Below, one piece after another: positions 59,449-64,000 of a DNA stretch of 64,000 nt. The translations under genes and the position numbers were made by a program. The stretch is from Burkholderiales bacterium (GTDB lineage Bacteria > Pseudomonadota > Gammaproteobacteria > Burkholderiales > SG8-39), in contig JBJXGX010000305.1 of the NCBI GenBank assembly GCA_046160305.1, forward strand, positions 17,322-81,321. Direction: 5' to 3'. Under the pieces are notes generated by a model. That model worked only from the letters and a program-made list of their open reading frames with translations, did not search any database and had not been told where the DNA came from. How positions within the stretch are numbered: position 1 is the stretch's first letter; every line of letters begins with the position of its first letter.

Positions 59449-60755
59449 TTGTCGAACATCAGGTTGGGCAGCCACAGAATGATCTGCGGGGATATACAGA
59501 CCAGCACGATCATCAGGATATCGGCAACAACGAACGGCACGCATCCCCAGAACGTGTCGATGACATCGATCTCCTTGTTCATCGTCGCCAAAATGAATAC
59601 GTTCAACCCGAACGGCGGATGAATGAGCCCGAGCTGGATGACCATCACCATCACCACGCCAAACCAGATCGGATCGTAGCCGAGACCGACCACGATCGGG
59701 AACAACACGGGCGTCGTGATGAAGAGGATCGCCATCGAATCCATGACGCAGCCAAGCAGCACCAGCGCGACCAGGATGATCCCGAGCACGACCGGCGGTG
59801 CGAGATTGAGCGCGCCGAGATAACCGGTCACTTCCTTCTGGAGTCCCACCGCGTCCATGAAGAAGTGGAACATTGCGATGCCGATCAGGATGAGATAAAT
59901 GATCGCAGACAGCTGTACCGACTCTCGTACCGCGATGACGAAGCCGGACCACGTGAATCGGCGCTGAATGAGGCCGACCACAAGCGTGCCTGCCGCGCCC
60001 ACGCCTGCGGCCTCGGTCGGTGAGAAGACCCCTGCGTACATGCCACCCATCATGAGAAGGAATACGAACGCGACACCGCCGCCGCTCTTCAACAGTGGGA
60101 TGCGTTCCCGCCACGGCATCGGGGCACCAGCGGGTGGCGCGATCTCCGGGTGATATCGAAGCCACAGTTGGATCGCGAAGATGAAGAGGAAGGTGAGGAT
60201 GACGCCGGGGACGATGCCGCCTGCCATCATTCGCCCGATCGAGGACTCGGTCATCATCGCGTAGATGACCATTGCGATCGACGGTGGAATGAGAATGTCG
60301 AGGGTGCTCGCAGCGGCGATGGACGCTGCAGCAAGACGCGGACTGTAGCCGTGCTTCAGCATCTCCGGGATCGTAATGCCGCCCATCGTCGAGAGCGTGG
60401 CGAGATTGCTGCCGGAGATCGCACCGAACCCGGCGCATGACAGTACCGAGCCCATGGCGAGGCCGCCACGATAATGCCCCATGAAGGCGTTGGCGGCCCG
60501 CACGAGATCGGTTGCAAGGCCGCATTGCACCGCCAATGCACCCATAAGCACGAACAGCGGGAGCACTGAAAGATTGTAATTGTTGAGCACTTCGAACGGC
60601 GCGGTGCCGACGACGTAGAGGAACGTATTCCAGCCCTTCATGTACCCGGCGCCGACTGCGCCAACGATGCCAAGCGCGAAGGCGAGTGGCATTCGCAGCG
60701 CCGCGAGAAGGATGACGGCGGCGAACCCGATCGCGCTAAGCGCAAGAGCGCTCAT
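59445..60755 (-). CDS. TRAP large permease DctM
   Basis: LPLFVLMG, ILIPPS, FSPTEAA, HPPFG. Confidence 0.92.
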   Translation of the reverse strand: MSALALSAIGFAAVILLAALRMPLAFALGIVGAVGAGYMKGWNTFLYVVGTAPFEVLNNYNLSVLPLFVLMGALAVQCGLATDLVRAANAFMGHYRGGLAMGSVLSCAGFGAISGSNLATLSTMGGITIPEMLKHGYSPRLAAASIAAASTLDILIPPSIAMVIYAMMTESSIGRMMAGGIVPGVILTFLFIFAIQLWLRYHPEIAPPAGAPMPWRERIPLLKSGGGVAFVFLLMMGGMYAGVFSPTEAAGVGAAGTLVVGLIQRRFTWSGFVIAVRESVQLSAIIYLILIGIAMFHFFMDAVGLQKEVTGYLGALNLAPPVVLGIILVALVLLGCVMDSMAILFITTPVLFPIVVGLGYDPIWFGVVMVMVIQLGLIHPPFGLNVFILATMNKEIDVIDTFWGCVPFVVADILMIVLVCISPQIILWLPNLMFDK

Positions 60756-60774
60756 GCTTTGCCACTCGCGATCG

Positions 60775-61815
60775 CTACTTGGCCCGCTCCTCTTCGGCGA
60801 CGGTCTTCAGGATCGCGTCGAACACTTTGCGTGCCGGTAGCCCCTTTTTCTCCAGATCAGCGACACGCGTATCGGTCACATGGCGAAACCTTTTTTTTAG
60901 GGCTTCACGCGTCTCCGGCGTCGTATCGATGAGCGAATGGTTGTTCTTCCTCGCTTCCGCGATGGCGATAGCGTCGATCTTGGTCCACATCGAGGACCAG
61001 CGCACCGCGGTATCCTCCGTCGTGTGGTCATCGATCACCTTCTTCGCCTCGGCGGGCAGGCTGTCGTACTTCTTCTGATTGATAACCAGATACACCGGGG
61101 TCATCACCGGATCCCAGTGAAGGTGGTGGCTGGAAATCTCCATCGTCTTGAACGCGATCAGGCTCTGCCAGGAGCCCGAGATGAAATCGACGACACCTTT
61201 CTGCAGGTTCTCGTATTGCGCGGTCAAGGGAAGCGCCACAACGCTGCCGCCGACCTCGCGGACGATGGCTTGCAGGCCGGGATTGGTCGTCATGACGCGC
61301 ATGCCTTTCAGGTCATCGATCGACTTGATCGGCTTCCTGCCGTGCAACTGTTCGCCACTTGCGAGCGTGACCAGGACCAGGCGGTTCGGCCGGAACTCGG
61401 CGGCAAGCTCGGGTTGATTGCGCGCAAGTTTGGTGACCGCGCGCGAACCCTTGACGTGATCGTTAATGAGAAACGGTTCGCCCATGAGCACGTTGAGCGG
61501 GAAGCGGCCTCCTTCGAACTGCTGGCCACCGAACGCCATATCGATGACGCCTTCGGCGACCATCTCGGAGTATTTGCTCGGTACCGAATAGGCAGAGCCG
61601 GTGCCGTACATCGTGACTTCGACCTTGCCGGTCGCTTCGAGGGCATCCCGCAGGGGCACAACGGTCAATGTGAGCACCGGATTGGCGAGGGTGCCGAAGT
61701 GGGCAAACGAGATCTTGGTTTTCTCTTGGGCGAACGCCGAATGCGTAACCAGAACGGCACCCGCGACCATGAATGCATTCACCCCTGTCGACCAGGACTT
61801 CCGGAATTGCTTCAA
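60775..61815 (-). CDS. TRAP substrate-binding protein DctP
   Basis: AAGGAG RBS then TTG start; PIKSIDDLKG, YENLQKGVVD. Confidence 0.88.
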   Translation of the reverse strand: MKQFRKSWSTGVNAFMVAGAVLVTHSAFAQEKTKISFAHFGTLANPVLTLTVVPLRDALEATGKVEVTMYGTGSAYSVPSKYSEMVAEGVIDMAFGGQQFEGGRFPLNVLMGEPFLINDHVKGSRAVTKLARNQPELAAEFRPNRLVLVTLASGEQLHGRKPIKSIDDLKGMRVMTTNPGLQAIVREVGGSVVALPLTAQYENLQKGVVDFISGSWQSLIAFKTMEISSHHLHWDPVMTPVYLVINQKKYDSLPAEAKKVIDDHTTEDTAVRWSSMWTKIDAIAIAEARKNNHSLIDTTPETREALKKRFRHVTDTRVADLEKKGLPARKVFDAILKTVAEEERAK

Positions 61816-61995
61816 GATGTCTCCTTTGGTTCGGCTTGCGCGCGTATTGATCTTGACAACGCTCGATAGAGAGCATCACCTTTCACCGCTATTTCAGAAT
61901 CATACCTCGATCAATTTGCAACCGACTCGACGACCGCAGCGACTCGTCGAGGCTGTCCCGATCGTTTGAGTCGTCCATGCGAGTTTGAGCCATCC

Positions 61996-63030
61996 ATGCA
62001 AATCGGCGTTTTCGATCATCTCGACAAGAACGACCTGCCGCTCTCCAAATACTACGAAGCGCGATTGCAGATCATCGAGCGCTACGATCGCGCAGGCTTA
62101 CATTCCTATCACTGCGCGGAGCATCACCTGACACCGATAGGGATGGCGCCATCGCCTTCCGTATTCTTGGCGGCAGTCGCACAACGGACCCGTGCGCTGA
62201 GATTTGGTCCGATGATTTTCACAACACCGATCTACCATCCGCTGCGGTTGATGGAAGAGATCTGCATGCTCGATCAAATGAGCGGCGGGCGACTGGAGAT
62301 TGGTTTTGGTCGTGGAGCGTCCGCCGCGGAGCTGCGCTATTTCGGCGCCGATCCGAAGCAGGCGCAGCATGACCACGACCGCAATCTGGCCTTCGTCCTT
62401 GATGCGCTTTCCTCCGGGAGCGTGACGATCGAAACCGACTACGGCACGCGGTCGATGCCGTTGCAGATCGAGCCCATGCAAAGGCCGCATCCACCACTTT
62501 GGTATGGCGTGCATTCGGTCGAAAGCGCCGAACGCGCGGCCCGCAAGGGGCTCAACCTGGTGAGCCTCGATACGCCGGCGGAAACGCGCCAGTACGTCGA
62601 TCGCTATCGGGCGATCGAGAACGAAGTGCGTCGCAGTCACGTCGCAATATCCAAGATCGGACTTAGCAATTTCGTAGTCGTGGGGCAAGATGACGGCGTA
62701 GCCATGGCGATTGCGCGCCGTGCTTATGCGCGTTGGCACCAAAGCTTCTACTACGCCTCGCGCCTGCATGGCTACGAGATTGCATTGATGCGGCCGGCGG
62801 AGTTCGATGAAATGCTGCGCTTGGGCAAGGCGATCGCCGGGTCGCCGGACACGATCAGTCGCGTGCTCTCCGAAAGGCTCGCTGAATCCGGTGCGAACTT
62901 CTTCGTTGGCCAGTTCGCATTCGGTGATTTGTCGTTGGCGGAGACGCTCGAATCGGTCGATCTCTTCGCGCGTCATGTCATGCCCGTGCTCTCGGCAATC
63001 GATCCTTCGAACGAGGCTCGGATCGCATGA
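61996..63030 (+). CDS. LLM class (luciferase-like) flavin-dependent oxidoreductase
   Basis: AEHH, HPLRLMEE, LDQMSGGRLEIGFGRG, QRPHPP. Confidence 0.92.
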   Translation: MQIGVFDHLDKNDLPLSKYYEARLQIIERYDRAGLHSYHCAEHHLTPIGMAPSPSVFLAAVAQRTRALRFGPMIFTTPIYHPLRLMEEICMLDQMSGGRLEIGFGRGASAAELRYFGADPKQAQHDHDRNLAFVLDALSSGSVTIETDYGTRSMPLQIEPMQRPHPPLWYGVHSVESAERAARKGLNLVSLDTPAETRQYVDRYRAIENEVRRSHVAISKIGLSNFVVVGQDDGVAMAIARRAYARWHQSFYYASRLHGYEIALMRPAEFDEMLRLGKAIAGSPDTISRVLSERLAESGANFFVGQFAFGDLSLAETLESVDLFARHVMPVLSAIDPSNEARIA

Positions 63031-63154
63031 GTTTCCGCTGCTGCAACATCCGGTGTCCAAGGGAGCTGCCGCGTTTCAGTTACAGTTGATGCGGACACTC
63101 CCTCGGACGAGGGGATTGGCCGTTCGCCACGATAGCAGGATTAGGAACGCAATC

Positions 63155-64000
63155 ATGGATCTCATTATTCGCAACGCCCGTATCGCGGGCGCCACTGACA
63201 ATGCCCCCGTGGATATCGGCGTCGATCGCGGCAAGATCGTCGCGATTCAACCGAAGCTGGCTGCCACAGGGCGTGAAATTGACGCGGCCGGCAGGCTGGT
63301 GTCGCCAGGATTCGTGGAGACTCACATTCACCTCGACAAATCGCGCATCGTCGATCGATGCAGCGCTCGCGAAGGAACGCTCGAGGAGGCGATCGGTGAA
63401 GTGGCCAGGGCCAAGAAGGCTTTCACGCCCGAGGATGTCTACACCCGCGCCAGGCAGACATTGGAGCGGGCGATTCTGCATGGCACGACGCACATGCGCA
63501 CGCATCTTGAAGTCGATCCGGGCATTGGCCTTCGCAGCCTTGAAGGGGTGCTACCGCTCATCAAGGAATACGCATGGGCGATCGATCTGGAGATCTGCGT
63601 ATTCCCGCAGGAGGGTGTGCACAACAATCCGGGCACTGCCGAGCTGATGCTTGAAGCGTTGAAACGCGGGTGCAAGGTCGTGGGCGCCGCCCCCTATACG
63701 GACTCCGATCCGCCTGGGCAGATCGATACGGTCTACAAGATGGCGCGCGAATTCGATGTCGATATCGACATGCATCTGGATTTCGGTCCGACTCCCGAGG
63801 GTATGGATCTTGATCACGTGTGTCGCCGTGCCGATGAATACAAGTACGGCGGGCGCGTTGCGATCGGTCATGTGACGAAGGCGGCGAGCCTCACACATGC
63901 CGAGCTCGAAAAGGCGGCGAAGCGGTTGGCTGGATCGGGGGTCGCACTGACCGTGCTGCCGGCTACCGATCTCTACTTGATGGGCCGCCACCACACGCAC
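63155..64000 (+). CDS. Cytosine/creatinine deaminase-like amidohydrolase (partial, runs off the window)
   Basis: Manual translation MDLIIRNARI...PGFVETHIHLDK, GTTHMRTH, FPQEG, DMHLD, IGHVT. Confidence 0.88.
   Translation, partial: MDLIIRNARIAGATDNAPVDIGVDRGKIVAIQPKLAATGREIDAAGRLVSPGFVETHIHLDKSRIVDRCSAREGTLEEAIGEVARAKKAFTPEDVYTRARQTLERAILHGTTHMRTHLEVDPGIGLRSLEGVLPLIKEYAWAIDLEICVFPQEGVHNNPGTAELMLEALKRGCKVVGAAPYTDSDPPGQIDTVYKMAREFDVDIDMHLDFGPTPEGMDLDHVCRRADEYKYGGRVAIGHVTKAASLTHAELEKAAKRLAGSGVALTVLPATDLYLMGRHHTH

Noticed and set aside
58963-60525. 520-aa ORF as a large fusion (likewise 3197-4990, 597 aa)
   Set aside because: The N-terminal extensions overlap the real upstream genes out of frame; the true starts are at 59448 and 4117.

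Overview
GC-rich bacterial DNA, probably from a Burkholderiales-like betaproteobacterium (inferred from nine Bug/TctC solute receptors with no tctA/tctB). The window is almost entirely accessory catabolism and uptake; I found no rRNA, tRNA, CRISPR array or intact mobile element. Main blocks: (1) 1-6.5 kb, a sigma54/NtrC-type nitrogen-scavenging operon (BMP-family ABC transporter, formamidase, biuret hydrolase). (2) 6.6-18 kb, a divergent IclR-linked cluster of unknown substrate (small HTH protein, Rieske oxygenase, cupin, SDR, ThDP enzyme, lone molybdenum hydroxylase large subunit, three Bug receptors). (3) A Dke1-like diketone dioxygenase. (4) A two-component system followed by exported HbpS/GlcG-like and ankyrin proteins. 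(5) Two decay zones (about 24.9-28.8 kb and 35-37.5 kb) with a nonsense mutation, deletions, gene remnants, a vapBC pair, a 27-bp tandem repeat and a 19-bp AT-rich palindrome. (6) A signal-less PBP-fold protein with TauD, and a B12 radical SAM enzyme with a deacetylase. (7) 44.7-64 kb, two TRAP systems plus a hydantoinase/oxoprolinase-amidase-BVMO-hydrolase operon. All calls come from motif recognition by eye; no database searches were run.
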